Positions 16,816 to 25,259 of a stretch of 32,000 bases of DNA are shown one piece after another; the first letter of the stretch is position 1, and each line of letters opens with the position of its first letter. The notes under the pieces were generated by a model. The model was not told the DNA's origin, did not search any database, and was given only the letters and a program-made list of their open reading frames with translations. The position numbers and the translations under genes are program-made. This DNA comes from Thermodesulfobacterium commune DSM 2178 (GTDB lineage: Bacteria; Desulfobacterota; Thermodesulfobacteria; Thermodesulfobacteriales; Thermodesulfobacteriaceae): the NCBI RefSeq assembly GCF_000734015.1, contig NZ_CP008796.1:1680001-1712000 (forward strand). The letters run 5' to 3'.

Positions 16816-19017
16816 ATGGAAAAAATAGGAGTTTTTATATGCTCTTCTTGTAATATAGGTGATCGTTTGGAATTGGCGGATTTAGAAAATGCAGCTAAAG
16901 ACCAAGGTGCTGCGGTTGTCTATACAAAAGAATTTCTGTGTTCTAAGGAAGGTAGAGCTTTTATCGAAGAAAAAATAGCTCAAGATGGGTTAGATGCTGT
17001 TTCTATATGTGCTTGTTCTCAAAGGGTAAACTATGATGTTTTTTCCTTTGATCAAGTAGCGGTTGATAGGGTAAGTTTAAGAGAAGGGGTAGTTTGGAGT
17101 AGATTTTTGGTAGGAGAAAACGGAGAGATACTAGAAGATACCGCTGAATATGTTAGTGGGGTTACTTTTAAAGACGAACTGATGGCTTTAGCTAAAGACT
17201 ATGTAAGAATGAGTGTAGCTAAACTTCAAACTTACAAAAAGCCAGAGCCTTTTAAGCCTGAGGAGGAAATCTCTAAGGTTATTTTAGTTATAGGAGGTGG
17301 TGTTGCTGGTTTAACTGCTGCTTTAGAGGCAGCTAAAGCAGGTTATGAGGTGGTTTTGGTAGAAAAGGAAAAAGAACTTGGTGGTTTTGTAGCAAAGATG
17401 AAAGCTCATTGTGAGGTGAACCCTCCGTTTCAAAAGTTGGTTCCTCCTATAGTAAATGACCTTATTGCACAGGTAGAAGCAAACGATAAGATAAAAGTAT
17501 ATAAAGGTGCGGTTGTAACCAACATTTCAGGTGCTCCTGGTTTATTCCAGGTAAAGATAAAACAGGGTGGGAAAGAGGAGGAGATAAAGATAGGTTCTAT
17601 AGTTTTAGCAGCTGGTTTCAAACCATATGATGCGAGCAAGCTTACAGATTTAGGTTACGGAGTTATTCCAAACGTGGTGACTAACGTTAAGTTTGAAGAG
17701 ATGGCTAAGAATGGAGCTTTGGTAAGACCTTCAGATGGTGCTCCGATAAAGAGTGTTCTTTTTATTCAGTGTGCTGGTCAAAGAGATGAAAATCATCTTC
17801 CTTACTGTTCTGGTTTCTGTTGTTTAGCTTCTCTTAAGCAGGCTCAGTATGTAAGAGAGGTAGACCCAGAAGCTAAAGCTTTTATTGTTTATGATCATAT
17901 GAGAACTATAGGTATTTTTGAGAACTTTTATAAAACTTTACAAGACGACCCAGGGGTGTTTTTAACCAAAGGTAAGGTAGTTTCTGTCACTGAGGGAGAA
18001 AACGGTAAGGTTAAGGTGTTGGTAGATGAGACCTTATTAGGAGAAAAAATTGAGCTTGAAGTTGACTTGGTAGTATTAGCTACAGGAATGGTTCCAGTTA
18101 CAGCTGAAGAGTCTGTACTTAATTTAGAATACAGGCAAGGGCCAGGATTACCTGAACTTGAACTTTTTTATGGGTATGCAGACTCAAACTTCATTTGTTT
18201 CCCTTATGAAACCAGAAGAACAGGAATTTATGCAGCAGGGGCTATTCATCAACCTATGACCATTCAACAGGCGATAGAGGATGCTAAGGGAGCAGCTTTG
18301 AAGGCTATTCAATGCTTAATTGCTATTGAAGAAGGTCATGCAGTGCATCCAAGGACATGGGATTATGCTTATCCTGAATGGGATTTAAAGATGTGTACTC
18401 AATGTAAAAGGTGTACTGAGGAGTGTCCTTTTGGTGCTTTAAATGAAGATGAGAAAGGAAACCCTCTTCCTAATATTACTAGGTGCCGTCGTTGTGGAAC
18501 TTGTTTTGGTGCTTGTCCTCAAAGAATTATTAACTTTAAGGATTATTCTATCGATATGATTTCTACTATGATTAAGGCTACAGAGATGCCTGAACAGGGA
18601 TACGAACAGTACAGGCTTATGGCTTTTGTTTGTGAAAACGACGCCTTACCAGCTTTAGACATGGTTGCTTACAATAAAAAGTCCATCCCTGTAGCCTTTA
18701 GGATCATTCCTGTAAGATGTTTAGGAGCGGTTAACGTAGCTTTTATAAAAGATTCTATGAGTAAAGGGTACGATGGTATTCTTCTTTTAGGTTGTAAATA
18801 TGGTGAAAACTATCAGTGCCACTTTATAAAGGGTAGTGAACTTGCTAACAGACGTATGGAAAACGTAGCTGAAACGTTGCAGCAACTTGCATTAGAACCA
18901 GAAAGGGTTACAATACATACGGTGGCGATAGATGAGGTAGATTTAGTAGTAGATAAGATGCAAAAATTTGCTGAAGAAATTAAAGGATTTGGTGAAAACC
19001 CATTTAAAGGCTGGTAA
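16816..19017 (+). CDS. qmoB: Qmo subunit B (HdrA-like flavoprotein with ferredoxin and MvhD-like domains)
   Basis: The protein has VIGGGVAGLTAALEAAKAGYEVVLVEK, IQCAGQRDENHLPYCSGFCC and 2x[4Fe-4S] motifs CTQCKRCTEECP / CRRCGTCFGACP. The C-terminus has FVCENDA...LLLGCKYGENYQCHF (MvhD/FlpD-like). Confidence 0.88.
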   Translation: MEKIGVFICSSCNIGDRLELADLENAAKDQGAAVVYTKEFLCSKEGRAFIEEKIAQDGLDAVSICACSQRVNYDVFSFDQVAVDRVSLREGVVWSRFLVGENGEILEDTAEYVSGVTFKDELMALAKDYVRMSVAKLQTYKKPEPFKPEEEISKVILVIGGGVAGLTAALEAAKAGYEVVLVEKEKELGGFVAKMKAHCEVNPPFQKLVPPIVNDLIAQVEANDKIKVYKGAVVTNISGAPGLFQVKIKQGGKEEEIKIGSIVLAAGFKPYDASKLTDLGYGVIPNVVTNVKFEEMAKNGALVRPSDGAPIKSVLFIQCAGQRDENHLPYCSGFCCLASLKQAQYVREVDPEAKAFIVYDHMRTIGIFENFYKTLQDDPGVFLTKGKVVSVTEGENGKVKVLVDETLLGEKIELEVDLVVLATGMVPVTAEESVLNLEYRQGPGLPELELFYGYADSNFICFPYETRRTGIYAAGAIHQPMTIQQAIEDAKGAALKAIQCLIAIEEGHAVHPRTWDYAYPEWDLKMCTQCKRCTEECPFGALNEDEKGNPLPNITRCRRCGTCFGACPQRIINFKDYSIDMISTMIKATEMPEQGYEQYRLMAFVCENDALPALDMVAYNKKSIPVAFRIIPVRCLGAVNVAFIKDSMSKGYDGILLLGCKYGENYQCHFIKGSELANRRMENVAETLQQLALEPERVTIHTVAIDEVDLVVDKMQKFAEEIKGFGENPFKGW

Positions 19018-19029
19018 GGAGGATAGACT

Positions 19030-20226
19030 ATGAGTAATGGCATTTTAAAAGTAGACCCAGATTTAAAGGCCATTCAAGAGCTACAGGAAATAGGTGGTGA
19101 TACTGTTAAAAAATGCTATCAATGTGCTACATGTGCTACTGTATGTCCTCTTTCTCCAGAAGAGGCTCCTTTCCCTCGGAAACAGATGATCCTTGCTCAA
19201 TGGGGTTTTAAGGAGAAACTTTTAAATGACCCTGCGGTTTGGTTGTGTCATCAATGTGGTGATTGTAGTAAATATTGTCCAAGAGAGGCTCAGCCAGGAG
19301 ATGTTTTAGGAGCTTTAAGGTTGTTGGTGATTAAAGAAACAGTGCCTTTAAAGTTTTTGCATACCTTTTATAACAACAGCTGGGGTATTTTGGTTTTACC
19401 TGCTATTGCTTTGTTTTTTATTCTTTTAGCAACTTTAGCTACCTTCCAGGGACTTCCCAACTTTTTTGATGCCAACTCCTTCCCTTACGGTGGTCCTACT
19501 TATGATATCTGGATTTTTCATTTGCCGGCAAGGGTTTTGATGATAGATGTGGTGTTTTTACCTCTTGCGGCATTTGTGGTGATAATGCTTGCTTCTGCGA
19601 TAAACAAAGTATGGAATGCCTATGTGGATACGTATAAGATACCTCAGGCCTATAGGTATGGGATGTGGACTATTTTAAAAAATTACTTTATCCCTGCTAT
19701 AGTAGAGATTTTATCTCATGCGAGGTTTAAAAAGTGTAATTCTAACCACTGGAGGGCTAATCCTCATATGTTGTTGGTTTATGCCTTCATTATTTTAGCC
19801 ATTACCACAGCGATTGTTTTCTTTATGGCTGACGTTTTAGGTTTCCATACTCCATGGAATCCTCTTACTCATCCTGTTAAATGGTTAGGCAATTTTGGAG
19901 GTCTCTTGCTTCTTTATTCCATCATAGCTATAATGGTGGGAAGAGGCAAGGCTGAGGCTGAAAAAAGTGTAAAGACAAGCTATGCTGACAGTTTCTTGAT
20001 CAATCTTATTTTAATCATTGGTTTAACTGGTTTTGGCATAGAGGTGGTACGGAGTATACCTTCTTTAGAATCTATAGTATCTTTAGTTTATTTAGCTCAT
20101 TTGGTTGCGGTATTTATCTTATTTTTAGGGGTGGCTTATTCTAAATTTGCTCATTTAGCCTTTAGAACAACCGCAGTTATGTTTGATTTATACTATAAAG
20201 ACATAAATCAAAAGATGTCTCAATAG
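19030..20226 (+). CDS. qmoC: Qmo subunit C (HdrC-like Fe-S domain fused to HdrE-like membrane cytochrome b domain)
   Basis: The N-terminus has CYQCATCATVCP and CHQCGDCSKYCP. Several hydrophobic helices follow (about residues 115-390). An AGGAGG RBS is present. Confidence 0.85.
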   Translation: MSNGILKVDPDLKAIQELQEIGGDTVKKCYQCATCATVCPLSPEEAPFPRKQMILAQWGFKEKLLNDPAVWLCHQCGDCSKYCPREAQPGDVLGALRLLVIKETVPLKFLHTFYNNSWGILVLPAIALFFILLATLATFQGLPNFFDANSFPYGGPTYDIWIFHLPARVLMIDVVFLPLAAFVVIMLASAINKVWNAYVDTYKIPQAYRYGMWTILKNYFIPAIVEILSHARFKKCNSNHWRANPHMLLVYAFIILAITTAIVFFMADVLGFHTPWNPLTHPVKWLGNFGGLLLLYSIIAIMVGRGKAEAEKSVKTSYADSFLINLILIIGLTGFGIEVVRSIPSLESIVSLVYLAHLVAVFILFLGVAYSKFAHLAFRTTAVMFDLYYKDINQKMSQ

Positions 20227-20238
20227 TGTTTTGTTCTC

Positions 20239-20267
20239 TTGACAAAATGTAAAATTAAGTTAATTTT
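20239..20267 (+). promoter_or_regulatory. Candidate promoter of the tRNA-tuf transcription unit
   Basis: A consensus TTGACA (20239-20244) is followed after 16-17 nt by a weak AT-rich -10 (TAATTT/AATTTT). It lies 18-40 nt upstream of tRNA-Tyr. Confidence 0.3.
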
Positions 20268-20284
20268 ATAGAGACTAAAAACAA

Positions 20285-20367
20285 GGAGGGGTACCCGAGC
20301 GGCCAAAGGGGCCGGGCTGTAAACCCGGTGGCTTTCGCCTTCGGAGGTTCAAATCCTCCCCCCTCCA
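20285..20367 (+). tRNA. tRNA-Tyr (GTA), long variable arm
   Basis: Hand-folded cloverleaf: acceptor GGAGGGG/CCCCTCC, anticodon stem CCGGG/CCCGG, loop CTGTAAA and T-arm GGAGG-TTCAAAT-CCTCC. The discriminator is A and no CCA is encoded. Confidence 0.9.
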
Positions 20368-20392
20368 CTTTTGTTTATTTTTAGAGAATAAA

Positions 20393-20465
20393 GCGGGCGT
20401 AGCTCAAGTGGTAGAGCATCAGCCTTCCAAGCTGAGGGTTGCGGGTTCGAGTCCCGTCGCCCGCT
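20393..20465 (+). tRNA. tRNA-Gly (TCC)
   Basis: Acceptor GCGGGCG/CGCCCGC, D-arm GCTC-AAGTGGTA-GAGC, anticodon arm TCAGC-CTTCCAA-GCTGA and T-loop TTCGAGT. The discriminator is T. Confidence 0.9.
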
Positions 20466-20484
20466 CGTGAAAAAAAGTTTGGGT

Positions 20485-20560
<76 letters not shown>

Positions 20561-20596
20561 GTTTTTAAACCTATTTTAGGATAGGAGGAAGGGAAG

Positions 20597-21796
20597 ATGG
20601 CTAAGCAAAAGTTTGAGAGGAAGAAGCCGCATTTAAACGTGGGGACGATTGGGCACATAGACCATGGTAAGACCACATTAACCAGTGCTATAACAAGGGT
20701 ATTGTCTACGAAGGGATATGCGCAGTGGATTCCTTTTGATCAGATAGACAAGGCACCTGAGGAGAAGGCAAGGGGTATAACGATTCAGCTTGCCCATGTT
20801 GAGTATGAGAGTGATAAGAGGCACTATGCCCATATAGACTGTCCTGGGCACGCAGACTACATAAAGAACATGATAACTGGTGCGGCGCAGATGGATGGAT
20901 CTATATTGGTTGTGGCAGCTACCGATGGTCCAATGCCTCAGACAAGGGAGCATGTATTGCTTGCAAGGCAGGTTAACGTTCCAGCGATGGTGGTATTTAT
21001 GAACAAGGTAGACATGGTAGATGATGCAGAGTTATTGGATTTGGTGGAGTTAGAGGTTAGGGAGTTACTTAGCAAGTATGGATTTCCAGGGGATGAGGTA
21101 CCGGTGATTAGGGGTAGTGCGTTGAAGGCGCTTGAGTGTGGATGTGGTAAGGAGGAATGTGAGTGGTGTGGTAGGATATGGGAGTTGATGAAGGCGATGG
21201 ATGAATATATACCTGAGCCTGTTAGGGATGTGGATAAGCCGTTTTTGATGCCTATAGAGGACGTGTTTAGTATATCTGGAAGAGGTACGGTGGTAACAGG
21301 TAAGGTGGAGAGGGGTGTGCTTAGGCCTGGAGAGGAGGTAGAGATAGTAGGACTTAGGCCTACGATAAAGACGGTAGCGACTAGTTTGGAGATGTTTAGG
21401 AAGATATTGGATGAGGCGTTGCCAGGAGATAATATAGGGGTGTTGTTGAGAGGAGTGGGTAAGGATGAGGTAGAGAGGGGTCAGGTTTTGGCGAAGCCTG
21501 GTACTATTAAGCCACATACTAAGTTTAAGGCAGAGGTATATGTGTTGAAGAAGGAGGAGGGGGGAAGGCATACACCGTTTTTTAATGGTTATAGGCCTCA
21601 GTTTTATTTTAGGACAACGGATGTGACAGGAGTGGTTAAGTTACCGGATGGGGTTGAGATGGTGATGCCAGGAGACAATGTGGAGTTAGAGGTTGAGTTA
21701 ATCAAGCCTGTTGCGTTGGAAGAGGGTTTGAGGTTTGCGATTAGAGAAGGTGGAAGGACTGTTGGTGCTGGTGTAGTAACTAAAATAATAGAGTAA
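20597..21796 (+). CDS. tuf: Elongation factor Tu
   Basis: The protein has [18 protein letters not shown] and NKVD among the G-motifs. The organisation is tRNA-Thr then tuf. It carries a 4-Cys insertion ([13 protein letters not shown]) in domain I. Confidence 0.97.
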   Translation: MAKQKFERKKPHLNVGTIGHIDHGKTTLTSAITRVLSTKGYAQWIPFDQIDKAPEEKARGITIQLAHVEYESDKRHYAHIDCPGHADYIKNMITGAAQMDGSILVVAATDGPMPQTREHVLLARQVNVPAMVVFMNKVDMVDDAELLDLVELEVRELLSKYGFPGDEVPVIRGSALKALECGCGKEECEWCGRIWELMKAMDEYIPEPVRDVDKPFLMPIEDVFSISGRGTVVTGKVERGVLRPGEEVEIVGLRPTIKTVATSLEMFRKILDEALPGDNIGVLLRGVGKDEVERGQVLAKPGTIKPHTKFKAEVYVLKKEEGGRHTPFFNGYRPQFYFRTTDVTGVVKLPDGVEMVMPGDNVELEVELIKPVALEEGLRFAIREGGRTVGAGVVTKIIE

Positions 21797-21819
21797 AAGT
21801 AATATAGGGGTTTTTAAAG

Positions 21820-21990
21820 ATGGCTAAAAAGGGAGAGGCAAGGGTAATTATTCATTTACAGTGCACGGAATGTAAAAGAATTAATTATACTACTACCAAA
21901 AACAGAAGAAATACGCCTGATAGGTTAGAGCTTAAAAAGTATTGTCCTTGGGATAGAAGACATACTATACATAAGGAAGTGAAAAAATAA
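21820..21990 (+). CDS. rpmG: 50S ribosomal protein L33
   Basis: This ORF is not in the supplied track (56 aa). My translation is [56 protein letters not shown], a typical L33 sequence in the typical position between tuf and secE. Confidence 0.88.
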   Translation: MAKKGEARVIIHLQCTECKRINYTTTKNRRNTPDRLELKKYCPWDRRHTIHKEVKK

Positions 21991-21994
21991 TGGT

Positions 21995-22071
21995 AGGCCA
22001 GTAGCTCAACTTGGCAGAGCATCGGACTCCAAATCCGAAGGTTGGGGGTTCAAGTCCCTCCTGGCCTGCCA
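21995..22071 (+). tRNA. tRNA-Trp (CCA)
   Basis: Acceptor AGGCCAG/CTGGCCT, anticodon arm TCGGA-CTCCAAA-TCCGA, T-loop TTCAAGT and an encoded 3' GCCA. A T-run follows. Confidence 0.9.
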
Positions 22072-22098
22072 TTTTTTATTTTTTAGGATAGGGTTTTT

Positions 22099-22320
22099 AT
22101 GGCTTTAAAAGATCAAGATTTAAACAAAGAAAATTTTAAAGATAGGGTGGTAAGATTTTTAAAAGAGGTTAAAATAGAAGCTAAAAAGATTACGTGGGCT
22201 CCTAAGAAACAGGTTTTTATGGGAACGTTGATGGTGGTGATTTTTAGTCTTTTTATAGGTGCATATTTAGGAATTTTGGATATAATATATAACTTCATAA
22301 TCTCTATTTTGGTGAGGTAA
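22099..22320 (+). CDS. secE: Preprotein translocase subunit SecE
   Basis: It is 73 aa with FLKEVKIEAKKITWAPKKQV followed by a single TM helix. It lies immediately upstream of nusG. Confidence 0.85.
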   Translation: MALKDQDLNKENFKDRVVRFLKEVKIEAKKITWAPKKQVFMGTLMVVIFSLFIGAYLGILDIIYNFIISILVR

Positions 22321-22321
22321 G

Positions 22322-22849
22322 GTGGCTAAAGTTTGGTATTCAGTACAGGTTTGGTCTGGGTGGGAAGAAAAGGTTAAAGCTATGGTAGAAGAACTTTTGT
22401 CCCGCAAGGGAATGTCTAATAAGGTAGAACGCTTTTTTGTACCTCCTTCAAAGGAGATAGAGGTTACTTTTTCTCCGGAGAAGCAATTTGTTAAGTTTTT
22501 TTATTCTGGATACTTTTTGATGCTAGGTGAAATAGATGAAGAGTTAAAAGAAGAGATAAAGAGGCTTGAAGGTGTTCTTGATGTGATAGGTGGGGATAGG
22601 CTTTATGTTTTTAGAACCGAAGAGGTTGAAAAGCTTATTTCTCAGTTGGTAGTAGAAGAAATAAAGCCTAAACCTCGTTATCAATTTACTCAAGGTGATA
22701 GAGTTAGGATTACGGAAGGGCCTTTTGCCAACTTTATAGGGGTGGTAGATGAGGTTAAGCCTGACAAAGGTAAGGTTAAGGTGCTGGTAAGTATATTTGG
22801 AAGAGAGACTCCTGTAGAAATAGAGTTTGCTTATTTACAGAAGATTTAA
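22322..22849 (+). CDS. nusG: Transcription termination/antitermination factor NusG
   Basis: It uses a GTG start. The protein has [14 protein letters not shown] (NGN domain) and a C-terminal KOW region [21 protein letters not shown]...[16 protein letters not shown]. Confidence 0.9.
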   Translation: MAKVWYSVQVWSGWEEKVKAMVEELLSRKGMSNKVERFFVPPSKEIEVTFSPEKQFVKFFYSGYFLMLGEIDEELKEEIKRLEGVLDVIGGDRLYVFRTEEVEKLISQLVVEEIKPKPRYQFTQGDRVRITEGPFANFIGVVDEVKPDKGKVKVLVSIFGRETPVEIEFAYLQKI

Positions 22850-22864
22850 GGGGGATAGAGAGGT

Positions 22865-23290
22865 ATGGCTAAAAAAGTAATAGCACAAATAAAATTACAA
22901 CTTCCTGCAGGTCAAGCTACTCCGGCACCACCTGTTGGTCCGGCGTTGGGTCAGCATGGTGTTAATATCATGGAGTTTGTTAAGGCGTTTAACGAAAAGA
23001 CCCGCGGACAGGAAGGTTATATTATTCCTGTGGTGATTACTGTTTATGCAGACCGTTCTTTTACTTTTGAGTTGAAGACTCCGCCTGCTTCGGTGCTTAT
23101 TAAAAAAGCGATCGGTATCGAAACAGGAGCTCATGCTCCTGGTAAGGAGATAGTAGGTAAGATTACTCGTAAACAGTTAGAAGAGATAGCTAAAATGAAG
23201 ATGAAAGATCTTACGGCAGCATCTTTAGAGGCTGCTATTAGGACTATAGAAGGCACAGCCAGAAGTATGGGAGTTCAAATCGTAGATTAA
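22865..23290 (+). CDS. rplK: 50S ribosomal protein L11
   Basis: [34 protein letters not shown] is the L11 signature. Confidence 0.95.
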   Translation: MAKKVIAQIKLQLPAGQATPAPPVGPALGQHGVNIMEFVKAFNEKTRGQEGYIIPVVITVYADRSFTFELKTPPASVLIKKAIGIETGAHAPGKEIVGKITRKQLEEIAKMKMKDLTAASLEAAIRTIEGTARSMGVQIVD

Positions 23291-23301
23291 GGAGAGGTGG
23301 T

Positions 23302-24024
23302 ATGGCTAAGCATGGTAAGAAGTATAGAGAGGCTTTGGCTAAAGTTGATAGAACGAAAAAATATACCTTTGAAGAGGCGGTTAAACTTGCTTTAGATACA
23401 GCTTATGCTAATTTTGATGAAACGGTAGAGGTGGCGGTAAAATTGGGAGTTGACCCAAGGCATGCAGACCAAATGGTTAGAGGGTCTGTGGTTTTGCCTC
23501 ATGGAACAGGAAAAACACCTCGGGTATTAGTTTTTGCTAAAGGAGATAAAGCTAAAGAAGCTTTAGAGGCTGGTGCAGATTATGTAGGTGACGAAGATCT
23601 TATTGAAAAAATTCAAAAAGAAAATTGGCTTGAGTTCGATAAAGTAATAGCTACTCCAGATATGATGCCTGCTGTTAGTAAGTTAGGTAAAATCTTAGGG
23701 CCAAGAGGTCTTATGCCAAGCTCTAAGACAGGGACAGTAACTTTTGATGTGGCTAAAGCGGTAAAAGACATTAAGGCAGGTAAGGTTGATTTTAAGGTAG
23801 ATAGAGGTGCGGTGGTTCATGTTCCTGTAGGTAAGGTTTCTTTTGGTGAAAAGAAAATTTTGGAAAACATGGCTGCATTTTTTGAAGCTTTATTAAAGGC
23901 TAAGCCTCCTGCAGCCAAGGGACAATATATAAAGAGTATTGCTATCTCTACTACGATGGGCCCTGGCATTAAGGTTGACCCTAACGAGGTAAAAAATTTA
24001 ATCCAGAGATATTCTGGAGATTAA
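23302..24024 (+). CDS. rplA: 50S ribosomal protein L1
   Basis: The protein has [34 protein letters not shown] and [15 protein letters not shown]. Confidence 0.95.
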   Translation: MAKHGKKYREALAKVDRTKKYTFEEAVKLALDTAYANFDETVEVAVKLGVDPRHADQMVRGSVVLPHGTGKTPRVLVFAKGDKAKEALEAGADYVGDEDLIEKIQKENWLEFDKVIATPDMMPAVSKLGKILGPRGLMPSSKTGTVTFDVAKAVKDIKAGKVDFKVDRGAVVHVPVGKVSFGEKKILENMAAFFEALLKAKPPAAKGQYIKSIAISTTMGPGIKVDPNEVKNLIQRYSGD

Positions 24025-24184
24025 TTTAGAGGTTTGTGCCCCTTGAGGTCCTTCAAGAGCAGGGTATCTCTTGGGGCCAAAGATTAGTAGGTGCCATTTT
24101 GGCTTAAATGAGGAAGCTTCCTCAGCCTACTATAGGCGAAAGGGTACCCTTTCAGGTGTTTAAATTTTTTAAGGAGGTATAGAA
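24025..24184 (+). promoter_or_regulatory. Structured rplJL leader (L10-leader-like autoregulatory element)
   Basis: A three-way junction can be drawn. P1 is TAGTAGG/CCTACTA (24085-24091 / 24126-24132), P2 is GCCA-TTT-TGGC (24093-24103) and P3 is the palindrome TGAGGAAGCTTCCTCA (24109-24124). A further hairpin is GAAAGGGTACCCTTTC (24138-24153). The position upstream of rplJ matches the known L10(L12)4 feedback site. Confidence 0.6.
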
Positions 24185-24712
24185 TTGCTTACCCGAGCTC
24201 GTAAGGCAGAAATCATTAAAGATGTAAAAGAGAAATTTGTTAAGTCGCAGGGGGTTTTTGTAACTTCTTTTAAAGGATTTACGGTAGCTGAGAGCAATGA
24301 AATAAGAAAACTTATCAGGGAAAAGGGAGGCGAATTTAGGGTTATTAAAAATACACTTATCAGGATTGCCTCTGAAAATACAGATTTTAAACCTATAAAC
24401 GATTATATCGAAGGGCCTACAGCTTTGGTTTTTGCATATCAAGACCCGGTAGAGATTGCTAAGGTTTTAAACGATTTTGTAAAAAAACATCCATCTTTAC
24501 AAATAAAAGGTTTTGTAATACAGGGCAAAGGTTATAAACCTGAATACATTGAAGATTTAGTTAAACTTCCTCCAAGAGAGGTTTTGTTGGCTCAGGTTCT
24601 TGGTACTATACAGGCTCCAGTGTCCAACTTTGTTGGAGTGTTGGCGGCTATTATCAGGAATTTCCTTTATGTGCTTAAGGCTATTGAAGAAAAGAAGGCA
24701 AAAGGTGAGTAA
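24185..24712 (+). CDS. rplJ: 50S ribosomal protein L10
   Basis: It uses a TTG start 7 nt after AAGGAGG. The sequence is L10-like (EFRVIKNTL...GPTALVF) and precedes rplL. Confidence 0.9.
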   Translation: MLTRARKAEIIKDVKEKFVKSQGVFVTSFKGFTVAESNEIRKLIREKGGEFRVIKNTLIRIASENTDFKPINDYIEGPTALVFAYQDPVEIAKVLNDFVKKHPSLQIKGFVIQGKGYKPEYIEDLVKLPPREVLLAQVLGTIQAPVSNFVGVLAAIIRNFLYVLKAIEEKKAKGE

Positions 24713-24752
24713 AATTTAAAAATAGAAAAAAAGCAAAAGGAGGGATTAGGAA

Positions 24753-25145
24753 ATGCCAGTAACCAAAGAGGAAGTCATCGAGTTTATCGCCAACATGACT
24801 GTTTTAGAACTTTCTCAATTCATCAAAGAGTTGGAGGAGAAGTTTGGTGTAACTGCGGCTGCTCCTGTGGCAGCTGTGGCAGCTGTGGGTGCTGTGGCTG
24901 GTGCTTCTGCTGAAGCTGCTCCAGCTGAGGAAAAAACAGAATTTGATGTAATTTTGACTGAAGCTGGTGCCAACAAGATTAATGTAATCAAGGTGGTAAG
25001 GGAAATTACAGGATTAGGGTTAAAAGAGGCTAAGGATTTAGTTGAAAGTGCGCCCAAGCCAGTAAAAACTGGCGTTAGCAAGAACGAAGCAGAAGAGATT
25101 AAGAAAAAATTAGAAGAAGTAGGTGCCAAAGTAGAAATCAAGTAA
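24753..25145 (+). CDS. rplL: 50S ribosomal protein L7/L12
   Basis: It has an Ala/Val-rich hinge. The C-terminal domain reads [51 protein letters not shown]. Confidence 0.96.
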   Translation: MPVTKEEVIEFIANMTVLELSQFIKELEEKFGVTAAAPVAAVAAVGAVAGASAEAAPAEEKTEFDVILTEAGANKINVIKVVREITGLGLKEAKDLVESAPKPVKTGVSKNEAEEIKKKLEEVGAKVEIK

Positions 25146-25189
25146 GCCTTGCATAGTTTAAAACTTTATTTTCTAAAATCTACTTTTTC

Positions 25190-25225
25190 AAAGGGTTTCC
25201 CCTATTTTTGGGGAAACCCTTTTTG
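25190..25225 (+). terminator. rplL-rpoB intergenic attenuator/terminator hairpin
   Basis: A perfect 13-bp stem AAAGGGTTTCCCC/GGGGAAACCCTTT (25190-25202 / 25210-25222) with a 7-nt loop is followed by TTGTC. Partial termination at this position is well known from the rplJL-rpoBC operon. Confidence 0.65.
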
Positions 25226-25259
25226 TCATTTATAAAAATCCGGGGAGGGGATCATAAAA

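Noticed and set aside
20678-21571. Long minus-strand ORFs (20678-20953, 91 aa; 21065-21571, 168 aa) antisense to tuf
   Set aside because: Both lie entirely within the unmistakable EF-Tu frame. Their products are low-complexity, Pro/Leu/Arg/Tyr-rich sequences with no RBS. Their openness is a by-product of the purine-rich tuf sense strand, which leaves few stop codons on the complement.
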